Positions 27,985-42,399 of a DNA stretch of 64,000 bases are shown one piece after another (the stretch's first letter is position 1; each line of letters begins with the position of its first letter). Location of the stretch: positions 77,252,001-77,316,000 of the forward strand of contig OX597825.1 in assembly GCA_951406725.2 (NCBI GenBank), in the 5' to 3' direction. The stretch is from Octopus vulgaris (lineage: Eukaryota). The notes under the pieces were generated by a model. That model ran no database searches and had not been told where the DNA came from. It saw nothing but the letters and a program-made list of their open reading frames with translations. Both the position numbers and the translations under genes were made by a program.

Positions 27985-28014
<30 letters not shown>

Positions 28015-28015
<1 letters not shown>

Positions 28016-28170
28016 CTCTCCTTGTTTCTTTCTGTGTTCCTTTCTGTGGAAGAGCGTAGGCTTGAAACGTTAAAGACTTTTCACTTCACGAGCGTTATAC
28101 TAATACATCTATTTGTTTTGTACACCACCTGCCTTCGTCTTTTGTTTTTTTTTTTGTGAATTCTCCCTAT
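28015..28170 (+). mobile_element. ~150-bp repeat with a minimal hammerhead-like motif (Penelope pLTR-like fragment), copy 1
   Basis: cttt-CTGTGGA-a-gagc-gtag-gctt-GAAA-cgt-t-aaag at 28040-28075; flanked by (TA)n; paralogues at 33112 and 35303. Confidence 0.6.
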
Positions 28171-29221
28171 GTATATATATATATATATAATCAAGAGAAG
28201 AAAATGCAGATTTAATGGTTAATATATATTTACTTTAGATATATTCTTTCCCAATGATATAAGGTATAAAACCAGTGTAATCGTGGATGTAATCATCTCA
28301 AGAGTTTATTATATCCACACATTAAATTACGTCTGCTTGTGTGTATGTGTGTGAGTGTGAGTGTGTGTGTGTATACCTTTACCTAAACCTTTGCTTACAC
28401 TTATGAGTGAATAAAAGCAAGTGTATCCGGTATTGTCACTGCGTAGCAAAACCCAAAGCTGTTCTAAATATGCCCATCCTTTCTATTCAACAATTCCGTT
28501 AATCTGTACATTATCCAATGCTTATTTTCCTCAATAAAGCCAGTTAATCTCCAAAGCATTTTCATAAGGTTGTCCTAAACATCCACGGTTGCCCTTTTTT
28601 TTTTATCATACGTTCTAGTTTATATAAAGCTTTCCTTTCCTAAGTCTCAAACCCATCTGGTGTTTAAATAACAAATTGTACTTGCGTATAATACATGATT
28701 TATTGACTTTAAAGAAATACGCCCGGCATATTATATGCAATACACAGGACTGGCAAAAGGGTTGAGGTATCACATTATCATGATTTAGCTGCTATTTCTA
28801 AGAGGTCGTGCGGTACACAGCCGGGACAATTACCGCAAGCCGTATATTCAACAGCTATAATCGATTTCCTTAGATGATTTAATATTAGTGGTACATCCTT
28901 TCCGTGACAGGTACACGTTACCTCATGACTAATTAATGTTTTCTGTTAATTAATTCTGCTTCAAACAATGGGGAGAAATGTCCATTATGTTTACTTATTG
29001 ACAGGCGTAGTCTTGTGAGTATGATTAAGAAGCTCGCTTTGCAATCAAATGGACTCAGGTTCAATCTCATTGCACGGCATCATGAACGGGAGTCTTCATT
29101 TATAACCTCTGTCTGACCTAGAGTAAATTTGTTCCACGGAAACCCGTTACACACACACACACACACACACACAGACACACACACACACACACTCACACAC
29201 ACACACACACACACACACTCA

Positions 29222-29257
<36 letters not shown>

Positions 29258-29879
29258 AACATGTAAAATTACGATGTGGTTGTTTGGAACTTTGCGATGG
29301 AGATTCCAAAAGAAATAAGATGCTCGACCACACCGGATCGCCAGCGGAACGCTTTATTACATTCTGTGATAGGACTTATATCACCGGAACATTCAGTGTA
29401 GAGCTCCAAAGAGCCACAATGGTGAAACGTACGTAGGAACAAATGATACAAACTTGGCTTTAAGCATAATGGTAACCTAAACACTATACTGGAAGCAGAC
29501 TGGGCGATGATGATCTACACAAAGCTCAGCAATAGCAGTTTATATCTAATTTTACACATAACATATAATGTGAGCGTGTGCTTGTGTCTGTGCGTGTGCA
29601 TGTGTGTGTGTTTGCGTGTGTGCTTGTGTGCGTATGTTTGTGTTAGTGAATACGTCTGTGTTTGTGAATGTGTGTGTGTATTTGTGTGTCTGTTTGCGTG
29701 TGTATGTGTCTTTGTGTGTGTATGTGTGTGTATTTGCGTGTGCCTGTGTCTTTGTGTATGTGTGTGTGTGTTTGTGAATGTGTGTGTTTGTGAATGTGTG
29801 TGTTTGTGTTTCTGTGTGTTTGTGTATGTGTATGAATGTGTCCACCACTTCGTTTTCATGATCCCCTTAAGCTGTTTCT

Positions 29880-30110
29880 CATTTTATGTGCTGTGCATTC
29901 AACTCGGTTGGAACCCCCAAGTTGTTAATCGGAAGGCATGACAGTCCGTGTGATGCTGGCGTTGAGTACTTTGAAACTGTACGCGGGAAACTGCATGAAG
30001 AGAGGCGGAGACGTCGTCATAAACACTCTGCAACTGTTGTACGGGGACATCCTGAACGTTCCACAGGATCTGCCTTCCTTGCATCTGTCTTATTAGCCAT
30101 ATCCGCTCCT
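29880..30110 (-). mobile_element. Possible Tc1/mariner transposase N-terminal fossil
   Basis: ADPVERSGCPRTTVAECL*RRLRLSS resembles the RSGRPR.TT…R..RLSS linker; short and degenerate. Confidence 0.3.
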
Positions 30111-30244
30111 ATAAGAAACGATGTGCTGGAAACAGAGGAGGATGAAGGTCTTGGGTCGACACTGTCATCACCTTGGATGACCTTGAAATGGGCAAGTGTG
30201 TGTATGTATGTGTGTGTGTATGTATGTGTGTGTGTATGTGCGTC

Positions 30245-30279
<35 letters not shown>

Positions 30280-31541
30280 GTATGCGTGCGTGTGTGTGTT
30301 TTTTATGTCTCCTCAACTAGCGGTTCGGCAAATGTTACCAACAGAATAAACTCCAGGCGATGCCCCAGCATGGCCACAGTTGAATGATTACACCAAATAA
30401 AAGAAAACAAACACAATGCAATGAAGGACAATTATTGACATAAACCTTTGAGAACGTATGGGTTGCTGTAGTTTTTTCTCCTCTGCAAGGCGATGTGCAG
30501 CCTTGACCTTCACATTATACCATCAGTGAGTGGGAAAGACCACATGCATCGTAGGAAAACAAACCTTGCTTTCTTGCATAACAAACAAGAATGCATAAGA
30601 TTCTATTATCAAGTATCATCTAGTTATGGTCTTTACTATATTCTGCGTTCAAACCCTTTCTGAGTTGTCTTTGCATTTCAGTTATCCAGGAGTCGATAAG
30701 ATAATTAGGAGATATTCACTGAAGCCGCAATAATTAATACAGACGCCACCCACCACCTTCAAAACAAATACGAAAAAGATCAACATAGCTGATTAACCGT
30801 TCGGGCCGGCCTTGACGAAGAAAAAGGTCACAGTATTTTTTTTTTACTCTATTTATAAATATATAGTTAATCAATAGTCATTGCTTGTCGGGACGTGTTG
30901 CTCTGTACGGGAATTATTTTCATTGTGAAAGCTTTGGTTTTGAGGTCAGACTATTTATAACAGTTCTTCAGGATTAAGCAATTTTATTTTAGTAGCTAAA
31001 GTTGCGTAATGTAAATGCTCACCAAACTAGCCTTGATAGAGCAAACCTAAAATTCAGTGACAGTGAAAGTTTGAAAAATTCGTAGCATTGGGATGGATCT
31101 TCTGTCTGTGTCAGTAACAAGCGTTTAGTTTTCGATCAGATAAACTATTTATTAAATTAACATTGTTAGTGGCTGAGTGTTCCATAGACAAAAATACTCA
31201 TAGAATAATCCTCAAACTTGATTAGGCCGAAAAGAATAAATAACAATATTTGCTTTTTGAATTACAGATATGCTTTACTATCTATCCCACCGTCTTCCGA
31301 ACGGCCTGTATTTGTACAATCCTTACAGACGTATATGTATACTTACATACACACATACAAATATACACATATACACACATACACACATGTATATATACAT
31401 AAGTGTGTATATATATATATATATATCTATATATATAAAGATAGATAGATAGACGTGTATATATGCATACATATCTATCTATTTATCTTTATATCTAACT
31501 ATTTATCTATCTATATACATATACATATACATATACATACA

Positions 31542-31613
<72 letters not shown>

Positions 31614-32333
31614 CATACATATATATATATATATAAATATACATATATATATATATACACCACAAGGCCAAAAGGGGTTTTGCTTCGTAGTATACGAAAA
31701 CAAGTCATAGGTACATAACGAGAGAGAAAGAAAGAGAGAGAGAGAGAGAGAGAGAAAAGAAAGAAAGAAAGAAAGTAAGAAAGTGATAACAGTGCATCTA
31801 AGGGAAATCTTCTAGTGGTGGTTCTGTAAATAATGCATCAAAGGGAAATCTTCTTGAGGCGGTTCTGTAAATACAAATATTGTAGGATTCAATATGCGTA
31901 ATAGAATGAACTGGAATCTCTCATTACTCTAAAATAACAATAGAGATATTAATTTTTAAAAGGCATCAAGCAAGGGAGATAATTCTAACAATATCTGATA
32001 ACTCAAACTTTTGAAAAATGCAGACAATAGCGCATTAATTACTGTAACAAGTAAAATGAGAAAAGAATAACCCAGTTCATGAAAGTAGTTCACTGGTTTG
32101 TCTTTCCTTGTTATTACCACACGCTTTAACGATAGAAAATACCAATAGCTTGGCAGGAAGGCGAAATAGAAGACAAAACAAACAAAAACACACGAAAAAG
32201 GAAGACGTAAGTGACAGAGGATAGTATTGTTTGCTGTGTTGTTATTTTTGCTTTTTGAAAAGAAGCATATCTTGAGAAAATATTTCGGAATTGAATTAAG
32301 AATATTGAAAGAAAAAGACACAAAAATTTAACG

Positions 32334-32385
<52 letters not shown>

Positions 32386-33111
32386 TGTTTTTAGCTTGTT
32401 TTCATTTTTTTTCACGAGAAGAAACTACAGTCAATATTTATTAATCGACGATAAAATTTAAGTCTAATTGGAAATGCAAGCTGCATTCCTTGGTATAATT
32501 CTTGATAACTATTTGTCAATGATCGTTATAGTGTGGCAGTATAATTTTTTTGTTAAATTTACCAAGAAAATATGGATTTTTTTGTTTAATTTACATCTGA
32601 AAAATGGCCGAGGTGAACCTGGAAAACAGCAACAATAAAAGATACAGAACATAACTGATCGCACCCTCTCAGCTGCTGACATCCAGTCAACTCCTTACAA
32701 GTGGCCTACTGTTCAGACCCAGTCATTCTTTTTATTAGTCCATGGAAAATTTTTCAGCCACTGTCTTCATCTACAGCTGCATAATCGGCACAGCTTGCCG
32801 TTTCTGCTCTCTTTTCCATGCTGGGAATAAGCTTACCAAACCACACCGGTCAATGAAAAGGTAAAACGGGTGGTCTAACAGCTATGCAGAATTTCGGCGT
32901 AAAATACAAAGATAAGGGAGAGATTGCACAAACCATGTGATATAACATTGACCAATTCAGCCAGTTCTTCGCCCTGAAGTGGTTCATCATTTATAGAATT
33001 CGTGTTTCATGACTAGGCATTTCAATTTTCACCGAGATTTTAATTAAGTCCAACCTTCATTAATATTGAATTATTAGGATCTCGCTAGACACTAAAGCTT
33101 TTTTTTTTATC

Positions 33112-33237
33112 CTCTCTCTCTCTTTTATTTCTCTGTTCCCTTCTGTTGAAGAGCGTAGGCTCGAAACGTAAAAGACTCTTACATTTCCGAGCGTTAAACT
33201 AATACACCTGTTTGCTGTTTACACATCTGTCTTCGTC
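33112..33237 (+). mobile_element. Minimal hammerhead-like repeat, copy 2
   Basis: cctt-CTGTTGA-a-gagc-gtag-gctc-GAAA-cgt-a-aaag at 33139-33174. Confidence 0.6.
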
Positions 33238-33414
33238 AATTTAAAGAAAACAGGAAATGGAGGAATATTAAGGCGGTGAACTGGCAGAATCGTTAGCACG
33301 TCGGGCAAAAGGCATGGCGGTATTTCGCCGGTCTTTCGTCCTGAGTTCAAATTCCGGATCGATGTAATCGACTCATCCCCGCCCCCAAAATTACTGCCCT
33401 TTTGGCAAAATTGG

Positions 33415-33454
<40 letters not shown>

Positions 33455-35302
33455 TACTATGGTTATAATTCCAAAGTGTATTCAAGGATTTCTTATAAAT
33501 AGTTGATGGGTTTCACCGGTAGAAAACAGAGCACGCGTTATAAAGTTGACAAGAGCGGAAAAATCCATTTGTATTGATGAATATAAAATATAACATTTCG
33601 TCGTTGCTCTTCTCTTTTAATCGCTTAATTATGTTGCTATCATACAAAGGGAAAAAAAACTAGAAAAATAATACTCACAGCCTCGGGATATGAAAGAATT
33701 ATGGTGATTGAAAATGTAGAACAGTCGACTCGAACTACCATTGTCTCATCGATTTCCCTGTACTCAGTCAACTCTCAGATACTGATGCAAGTGTCACGTT
33801 TTGATAAGGTTACGATAGAGCAGGAATTCTAAACGCATTCATCAATGTAATTAATTTACCTGTCTTGCGTCACTGTACAAAAATTGACGTTTTTCACTGA
33901 TGCCTAATATTTGAGTTTTTTTTTTTTTCATCGTTATCTTTTAGTTTTCCTTGTCTCAGTTAGTCGACAGCGACCACCCTGGGGGTAGCGTCTCGAAAAT
34001 GTTAGCCGAATACATCGATCTAAATACTTATTTTTATGCCCGATACTTATTTTAGTACCTTTGCTTTCTTCTTTTTTTTTGTTGACTCGTCACTAAACTA
34101 CGGGGACAATAAACCAACACCGGTTGACAAGCGGTGGCGGAGAACAAAGACAAACATACAGATACACACACACACGTGTGGGTTTGTGTACGACAGGCTT
34201 ATATATATATATATACTTGTGTGTATGTGTGTGTGTGTGTGTGTGTGTACGACAGGCTTCGTTCAAACTCCATCCGTCCACCAAATAAACCTCAGTTTCA
34301 CCGCCTGATGATACCAGTCCGTGCTAGCCAAAGTTTCACTTGGGTGCATGGAAAAAACACTTTCTTCTACGGTTTACGACGTGCTTCTTTCAGTTTCCGC
34401 CTATCAAATCCTCTACGCAGGCATTTGTCCACCCCTAAACTACAATGAAAGAAACTTGCTCCCATTACCACGCAGTGGGACTGTACTCAAGATCACGCGG
34501 TTGGAAAGCAATATTCTTACTACATATCCAGGCCTGCATATTACACAGAATATTAACAAAACAAAATGATTTAATGAGAAAAACTAACACGATATAAATT
34601 CATCTTTCTCTCCTCGCCATTGCTTAAGAGTAAGAACTAACACATGCAGCCCAACTCCAGCTGATTTAACATAAGCTCACTTTGTCGTTCACAAAAAAAC
34701 CCCACTGATCACATACCTGCTCACAGACCCCCAAACTTCAAAGTACTTGATCAGAACAACGAGCCACTCTTGTTGCACAGCATTATATTAATTAATTTGT
34801 ATTATGCATTTCATTATGGTCACAAAATATAATATGCATGTGCAACTATAATACACAATTAAATATTTATTATTAACAAAAAGACAATGGAAAGGTAACA
34901 ACAAAATGCCTCTACGTGTAAACTTTGGGCGCACAGAACATATGAAATATTAAAAACATTGAAAGGAGGTATACGTCGTATACTCACAACCCCCTCCTTT
35001 GCAGTACTGCCAAATTTACAAATATCTATTAGTTTTTTTTATATTTTGCTTGATTCAGTCATTAGACTGCGGCCATGCTGCAGCACTGCCTTGAAGAATT
35101 TTTTAGTCGAATAACACAACGCATGTAATTAATACTTTTTTTGTTAAGGCTGGGACTCATTCTATCGTCTCTTTTGCCGAACCAGTAAATAATAAAGATG
35201 TTGTCAAACGGTGATAGGGAATAAACACACACACACACACACACGCGCGCGCGCGCGGGCACACACGCACACACACACACACACAGCTACTACACACATT
35301 TT

Positions 35303-35454
35303 TTCTCTCCTTGTTTTTCTGTGTCCCTTTCTGTAGAAGAGCGTAGGCTCGAAACGTAAAAGACTTCTTCTATTCCTGAGCGTTATACTAATACATCTGT
35401 TTGTTTTGTACACCACCTGTCTTCGTCTTTTGTATTTTTCGTAAAATCTCCTTA
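35303..35454 (+). mobile_element. Minimal hammerhead-like repeat, copy 3, nested in the internal microsatellite of a SINE B copy (~35045-35770, -)
   Basis: cttt-CTGTAGA-a-gagc-gtag-gctc-GAAA-cgt-a-aaag at 35327-35362. Confidence 0.6.
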
Positions 35455-35455
35455 T

Positions 35456-35640
<185 letters not shown>

Positions 35641-36128
35641 CACGACGGGTGTCTTTCAAATTCCGTCTACCAAATCCACTCAGCCCAGGCTAGTAGACAC
35701 TTACCCTTGGAACTGAATGCGGAACCATGTGGGTAGAAAGCAAACTTCTTATCACACGGCCACACCTGAGTTTATTCATTAAAATATATCTGAGGAGAAA
35801 TAGACTTCGTGAACGTAAACCCAGAAGCACTTTTATAACAATTTGATAGCAATTCAATGGAACTTTAATAACTGTTAATAGGTTTAATATTTCCCCTTTT
35901 ATGGATTCTGAAATGAATTCCCTACAAGAGAATTACTTTCATTTCAATTGAATGGAGGTTCGGTTACATGTCAGTAAATAAGTGTATATGTACGTGCGTG
36001 TGTGTTTGTGCTTGTGTGTACGCATAAGTGTATCATATATATATATACAAACATTTATATATAAAGTATATAAAGCCATATATATATATATATATATATA
36101 CATACATACATACATACATACATACACC

Positions 36129-36208
<80 letters not shown>

Positions 36209-36298
36209 TAATATCTATTTTTATACACACAGACACGTGCGTACGTATGCGCTCTTTTGAATATGTTGTAATTTTTATATGGAAAACATATTTACATT

Positions 36299-36338
<40 letters not shown>

Positions 36339-37028
36339 TGTCTGTATATATACATATATATATATACACACACATGTCTTTGGGCATGGGTATATGTGCA
36401 TATCAATAACTATCTTTGTCTTTCTTGATCCACATGTCTGCATACATATGTAATCATGTCTACAGATATACGCAAAGTGCGCCCGCGTGTGCGCTTGCGT
36501 GCATGTACGTGTCTGTGCGTACGCGTATGAATAAATGCTAACAAAAACCATGGATTTATGAAAAGAAAACAAAAAAATGATAAATAAATTTCACCATGGG
36601 TACAATAATTTTCCATCAAATATATATATATTTTGTGTAGCTACGAACAAACTGAAGAATAATTGACAAGAACTCATGTTACTTCGAGCAATGGATTTAC
36701 GTTCTTTTGACACGTTTTCGCAGAATTCTTAAATTGTACAGAGTCGTACAAAGATATATCTTGAATGCCAACTTCAATTTTATCTCTTTCATTGTTCTTC
36801 ATAAAAAGTAAACAGTAATTACTTTCCTCGAACGTTTTTCATATTAAAAGTAAAAGAAGTTTTTCTTTTCAATTTAACGAAACATGCAAGTGGGAACATA
36901 TGCCGCCACGCAATTTTTTTCCGTCAGACTTTTCTCTCGCCATCTTCATAATGTGGAGGAGGATGTAGACGACGACGATGATGATGATGATGATGATGAT
37001 GATAATAATAAAAAAATAATAATAATAT

Positions 37029-37532
37029 CCAGTTGACCATGTCCCTTAGTTTTGTCTTGGTATAAAAGATGGGTTACAGCAAATATTCTGCTCAATACCA
37101 CAGATTTGCTTGTCAGTTGTTTGACCTTAACCAGTTGAGCATGTCCCTTAGTGGCTGACGATATGTGAATCTTTGATCATGAGCAGAAGTAGTGGAAGAG
37201 CATCATAGCCGTGTGCTGAGTGGAATTCTTAGAGGTTTGGATAATTCACCTTTGGAAACATGGGTGGTTTGTTCAACATCCTGAAACAACCCTTATTCAG
37301 AGACCTTTTGAGCGGAATGGGTTACTCGACCAGAAGAAAATTCTGACTGGGCCCCACCTGCAAGGTCATGCACTGTTTATCTTGACAGGAGATGACCATG
37401 TCGCGCACATATGGTTGTGATGCATGTGCCTGGTGTACCCTTATCAGACGGGTAGTCATGATGGGTATATTAAGCTTCGTATATTTTACCCTAGTGTCAC
37501 TTTGATGGCATGCACCGCTCTCTCACTCACTC
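37029..37532 (+). mobile_element. Family E repeat copy (5' end rearranged), flanked by (TAA)n
   Basis: Reverse complement of 16492-16930; ends ctctcactcactc|aataatgatgataataat. Confidence 0.85.
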
Positions 37533-37542
37533 AATAATGATG

Positions 37543-37628
<86 letters not shown>

Positions 37629-38499
37629 AAGAAGAAGAAGAAGAAGAAGAAAATTTGCTATTGATCTCAACAGCATTGATCTCAATAGATCTGAACGAAC
37701 TATTGAGTTTGGTTTAATGGCCTACCAATGTATACTATGAGTTTCTTTGCCCTAGGAGTCGGGAAGACACTCGGCAAGAAATGGAAGCAAATTTGAAAGA
37801 AGAAAAAAAAAGTAGTAATAATAATGATAATAATAATAGTAATAATAATATACAAAGGCCTGAAATTTGTGGCATGGGGACTAACACGCACACGCATATG
37901 TCTGCTTTTGTAAGTGTGTTTAAAGAAAATGTACATGCATGTACAATCATGAATGGTATATTTTGTGTATACATAACAGCACACACACGCAAACAAACAA
38001 ACACACACTGACACACATAAACATATACACCCTTAGATGTCTATAGACATACACACTTAGACAAGTATTTATAAAACTTCACTCGAAGCATGCACGGAAT
38101 CTCCACTACGTACGCAACGAAATCGCAGATGCTTGCACACTTATTCGCTACTACACGTTTATTTATAAACTGTCACAGAAAATCTTATTAAAACCAGAAT
38201 AGTTACGTTGACAGGTTTAGAATGAAGCTCGTACCTTTGCTTTCAATCAATAAATATTATCACAAATAAATAAAAATAAATGAATGTATAAAGGTTTAAG
38301 TTAAAATTATCTTTGCTCGTATAATTTTTTTTTTAATAATGAAAATCTGCCGAAAAAGCAAAAGGAAAAAAAAAAGGTTCAATTGGAAATTAATAATGTC
38401 GATTTCTAGACATAACTGACGATTTCATATTTATTAACGGTGTTATTCGTGGTAATTGAAAGCAGAACGAATGAAATTTTTAAAACGACAAGAATGATA

Positions 38500-38545
<46 letters not shown>

Positions 38546-39587
38546 CATATGTGTGTGTGTATTTAATGCTCCCCGTACTTAGAAAATGCCACTTTAGTGT
38601 AGAATCGAATATTTCTCTTAATATGACAGTGAGTTTTACTTTTTGATTATTCAAACGATTAAAATTGTGACCTATGCTGAAAAATTTAGAGGCAAAAATA
38701 TTTCTCAGCACATCGAGATATGGAGTGCCAACAGTATACCAAGATTTGATTTGGGGACAAGGAAATATCGTTAGAAAATACACAGTCGACTAAATTGTCA
38801 TATACACAACATCAGATTCTTTCTGCTTTTGCATGAAATCACGTGTTGTATTTATTTCTTTATTACATGTAGTGATTACACGTAAAAAAATGTGTAAGCT
38901 TGGTATTGCTAATGACATTTTAATTCTAAGTGCTTATTTTAGTGCTAAATGAATACTTTTGTTAATTATATCATATTTTGTGGCATAGCAATTACTTTAT
39001 GTAGGAAATAAACTGTCATAATTACCAGTTGGAATGTAGTCAATAAATTTTGATAATAATTTCACCATTTTCGAGGCATTGTTCCAGATTCCAAAAGGTT
39101 ACAGAAGAGTTTATATTCTTCAGTGTGACAAATCTCCAAGGGTGGACGCGTGTTCTATAAGGGATCAATCAATTTTATAATTGTTAATATTACTATTCTT
39201 TAAGCTCCAAATATATTTGTATAAAGCAGTGGAAAGACGTCTTTCTGAGTGTTCGAACGTAACAGATGTTGCTGAATCTAATCTTCAAGGTTTAGCAACT
39301 TTTTGTTCCTCTGTTATCTCTTTCGCAAGAGATCTTAGATAAATAAATGGATGCTTAGAACGACAGGCATCATTGAATTGGATTGGTGGTAGGGTGGTTT
39401 CAATCACCTCGAGAAGAATAGATTTGTTAATCACAGAGCTTTAGAATTTGGGAGAACTTTAATCCAATTAGTGCTTCGGACATTAATATTATTATGCATG
39501 CTAAGGAAATCTTTGTAATTCTATAATAATTATTTTGGATGACTGGGGTGTTAGATCTAATCGCTATAGAGTAATAAAAAAAAAAAA

Positions 39588-39671
<84 letters not shown>

Positions 39672-39732
39672 TGTAGTAGTTGTAGTAATAATAATAATAA
39701 TAATAATAAACATTGTTGTTGTTGTTGTTGTT

Positions 39733-39946
39733 AAGGGAGTGGGCTGGCAGAATCGTTACCACGCCGGGCAACATGCTTAGCGGTAATTCGCCTTTCACTA
39801 CGTTCTGAGTTCAAATTCTGCCGAGGTCGACTTTGCCTTTCATCCTTCCAGGGTCGATAAAATGAGTACCAGTTGAACACCGAGATGAATGTAATCGACT
39901 CATTCCCACTCCAAAACTCCTGCTCTTGTGGTAAGATTTGAAACCA
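39733..39946 (+). mobile_element. SINE family A, representative full copy. Others at about 3640, 5030, 5185, 9685, 10760, 16190, 18050, 23900, 25585, 25980, 33268, 41215, 46285, 47005, 51990, 60360 and 60820
   Basis: A-box-like tggcagaatcgtt, B-box gagttcaaattc, conserved body gaggtcgactttgcctttcatcc…gtaccagt…gtaatcgact, tail tttgaaacc into (ATT)n. Confidence 0.85.
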
Positions 39947-40294
39947 TTATTAATCTGATTGAATGCAGGGTAATATTAGAATAGTTAGCGTGTCGTACAA
40001 AATACTTACGACATTTGCCTAGTCTCTGTGCTGTGTTCAAATTTCGCTGAGTTCAGTTTGCCTTTCTTGCCTTCGGCGTGGGTCTAAATTGTACCACATA
40101 GCCTTCAGTTTTTTGGAGAAGGGTTCAGTCGATAACATTGACAGTCACTACTAGAGTAGTATTTTAATTTATCAACCACAGAAAGGAATGTGTTAACGTG
40201 AAAATGTCGAGAATTTGGATTTCATAATCGAAAGATGAAAACATTTTCTCTGAATGAAAACGGCAATTTATATATACATACATATATCTATCTA

Positions 40295-40377
<83 letters not shown>

Positions 40378-40705
40378 ATATATATATATATATTTATATG
40401 CATGGGAATCAGGAGTAAATATTCAGGATTGAATATTTATATAGGTATTAATATTGTTATTATTATCGAAGGCAATATAAATACTTGATTATAGCATCAA
40501 CATTAAAATAGGTGGTTGCAGGCCTAAAATAGCATTATATAGCTATAGGATTAAAATTATATCAATCATAAGAGCACACGAATGCGCCTGCTTGCTAGAT
40601 ATAAGAGCTAACACCCTCGTTTGAACGAAGATTTTAACTCTTATATCTAGCAGGCAGACGCATTCGTGTGAACTTATGATATATATATACACATACATAT
40701 ATACA

Positions 40706-40736
<31 letters not shown>

Positions 40737-40757
40737 CCATATATATATGTTAACTCT

Positions 40758-40791
<34 letters not shown>

Positions 40792-40799
40792 TGGATAGG

Positions 40800-40883
<84 letters not shown>

Positions 40884-40926
40884 CATATATACATATATAT
40901 ATATGTCTGTATGTAGGTGTATATAA

Positions 40927-41191
40927 TGTTCGTCCTTCGGTTCGAAGATGACCAACTGACATCATCTGATGGAACTGCCGCCATGAGACCTGAGGTGGCT
41001 GGTGAGGCGCAGCGCAATCACCGTGGGAGCAGGGACAGCCGAGGAGGGACGGATTCGGTCAGCGGAGCAGAAACGTCAGATGCGTAAAGCCAGAGCCGCC
41101 TGCACCAGTAGCATGGCCCCCTACCCACTTCTGCCCCACCTGTGGGAGGGGCTTCCTTGCCCGGATTGGCCTCACCTCACCTCACCTCACC
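40927..41191. mobile_element. RTE LINE 3' fragment with an internal inversion
   Basis: The + strand at 41006-41176 encodes RSAITVGAGTAEEGRIRSAEQKRQMRKARAA…(frameshift)THFCPTCGRGFLARIGLT. The continuation LTSHLRSHGGSSIR* and the 3' UTR lie on the - strand at 41007-40927. Together they form the C-terminal CPxC…SH..H zinc finger of RTE ORFs. Confidence 0.85.
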
Positions 41192-41593
41192 ATGTGTATA
41201 TATTATTATTATTAAAGCAGAGAGCTGCCAGAATCGTTAGCGCGTCGAGCAAAATGCTTAGTGGCATTTCGTCCGTCTTTGCGTTCTGAGTTCAAATCCC
41301 GCCGAGGTTGCTTTTGCATTTTATCCTGTCGAGGTCGATAAAATAAGCACCAGGCGATTACTGGGGTAAACGTTATCGACGTACACACTTGGCCCAAATT
41401 GCTGGCCTTGGGTCAAAATTTGAAATTGTGATTATTATCTTTGTCGTTGTTATTATTATTATTGTTGTATACTTACGTTGCTGTTGCTCTGTTTCGTAAG
41501 AGTTGTTCCAAGTCTCAGCCAGAGACATGAAGTAAGAGCAAATTGGACTTAGTGTTACGGATGTTATTTGTTATTCGTTATGTCATGTAAGGT

Positions 41594-42012
41594 AGGCGCA
41601 GGAGTGGCTGTGTGGTAAGTAGCTTGTTTACCAACCACATGGTTCCGGGTTCAGTCCCATTGCGTGGCACCTTGGGCAAGTGTCTTCTACTATAGCCTCG
41701 GGCCAACCAAAGCCTTGTGAGTGGATTTGGTAGACGGAAACTGAAAGAAGCCCGTCGTATATATGTATATGTATATATATATATGCATGTGTGTGTTTGT
41801 GTGTCTGTGTTTGTTCCCCCCTAGCATTGCTTGACAACCGATGCTGGTGTGTTTATGTCCCCGTTACCTAGCGGTTCAGCAAAAGAGACCGATAGAATAA
41901 GTACTGGGCTTACAAAAGAATAAGTGCCGGGGTCGAGTTGCTCGATTAAAAGGTGGTGCTCCAGCATGGCCGCAGTCAAATGACTGAAACAAGTAAAAGA
42001 GTAAAAGACTAA
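41594..42012 (+). mobile_element. SINE family B, representative full-length copy. Others at about 4570(+), 21600(-), 22310(-), 33945(-), 35045(-), 47825(-), 49335(-), 50505(-), 54410(-), 57735(-) and 61325(-)
   Basis: tRNA-like head (tggctgtgtggtaag…gggttcagtccc), CORE-like ccttgggcaagtg, internal (TA)/(TG) tract, 3' half ending gactgaaacaagtaaaagagtaaaaga. Confidence 0.9.
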
Positions 42013-42030
42013 GAGTAAGCTTCTGTTAAA

Positions 42031-42399
42031 TCTTTATATATAAAAGTAAGGTTGTGTGTCTGTCTACTCCGATTTAGATTCCTAGCTACTCCCACATTTT
42101 GCGGTGCAGTTTAACCAAAACCGGGTATCTTATAGTCGTGATTCATATCGAGCCCTTCTGGGTATTAGCGCGCGTCTACGATGAGTTTACGATTTTTAAA
42201 ATAATTTACCATAATGTTTTTTTAAAGGGAAGTAACTCTCTAAAAATGTCTACGATGAGTCAACGATTTAAAAAAAATTTACCATCATATTTTTTCCATT
42301 TTTGATGCATTTTTTTGCTATTTTTTGGCTATAACTCTCTAAAAATGCTTTATAGTTATTTCCCTTACAAACCCGAGCAACGCCGGGCGATACTGCTAG
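42031..42399 (+). mobile_element. Non-autonomous Helitron, copy 2
   Basis: a|TCtttatatataaaag … cccgagcaacgccgggcgatactgCTAG|t. Confidence 0.87.

Noticed and set aside
31793-31872. 42-bp tandem duplication (a similar ~20-bp triplication lies at 48566-48625)
   Set aside because: Ordinary slippage duplications with no further structure.
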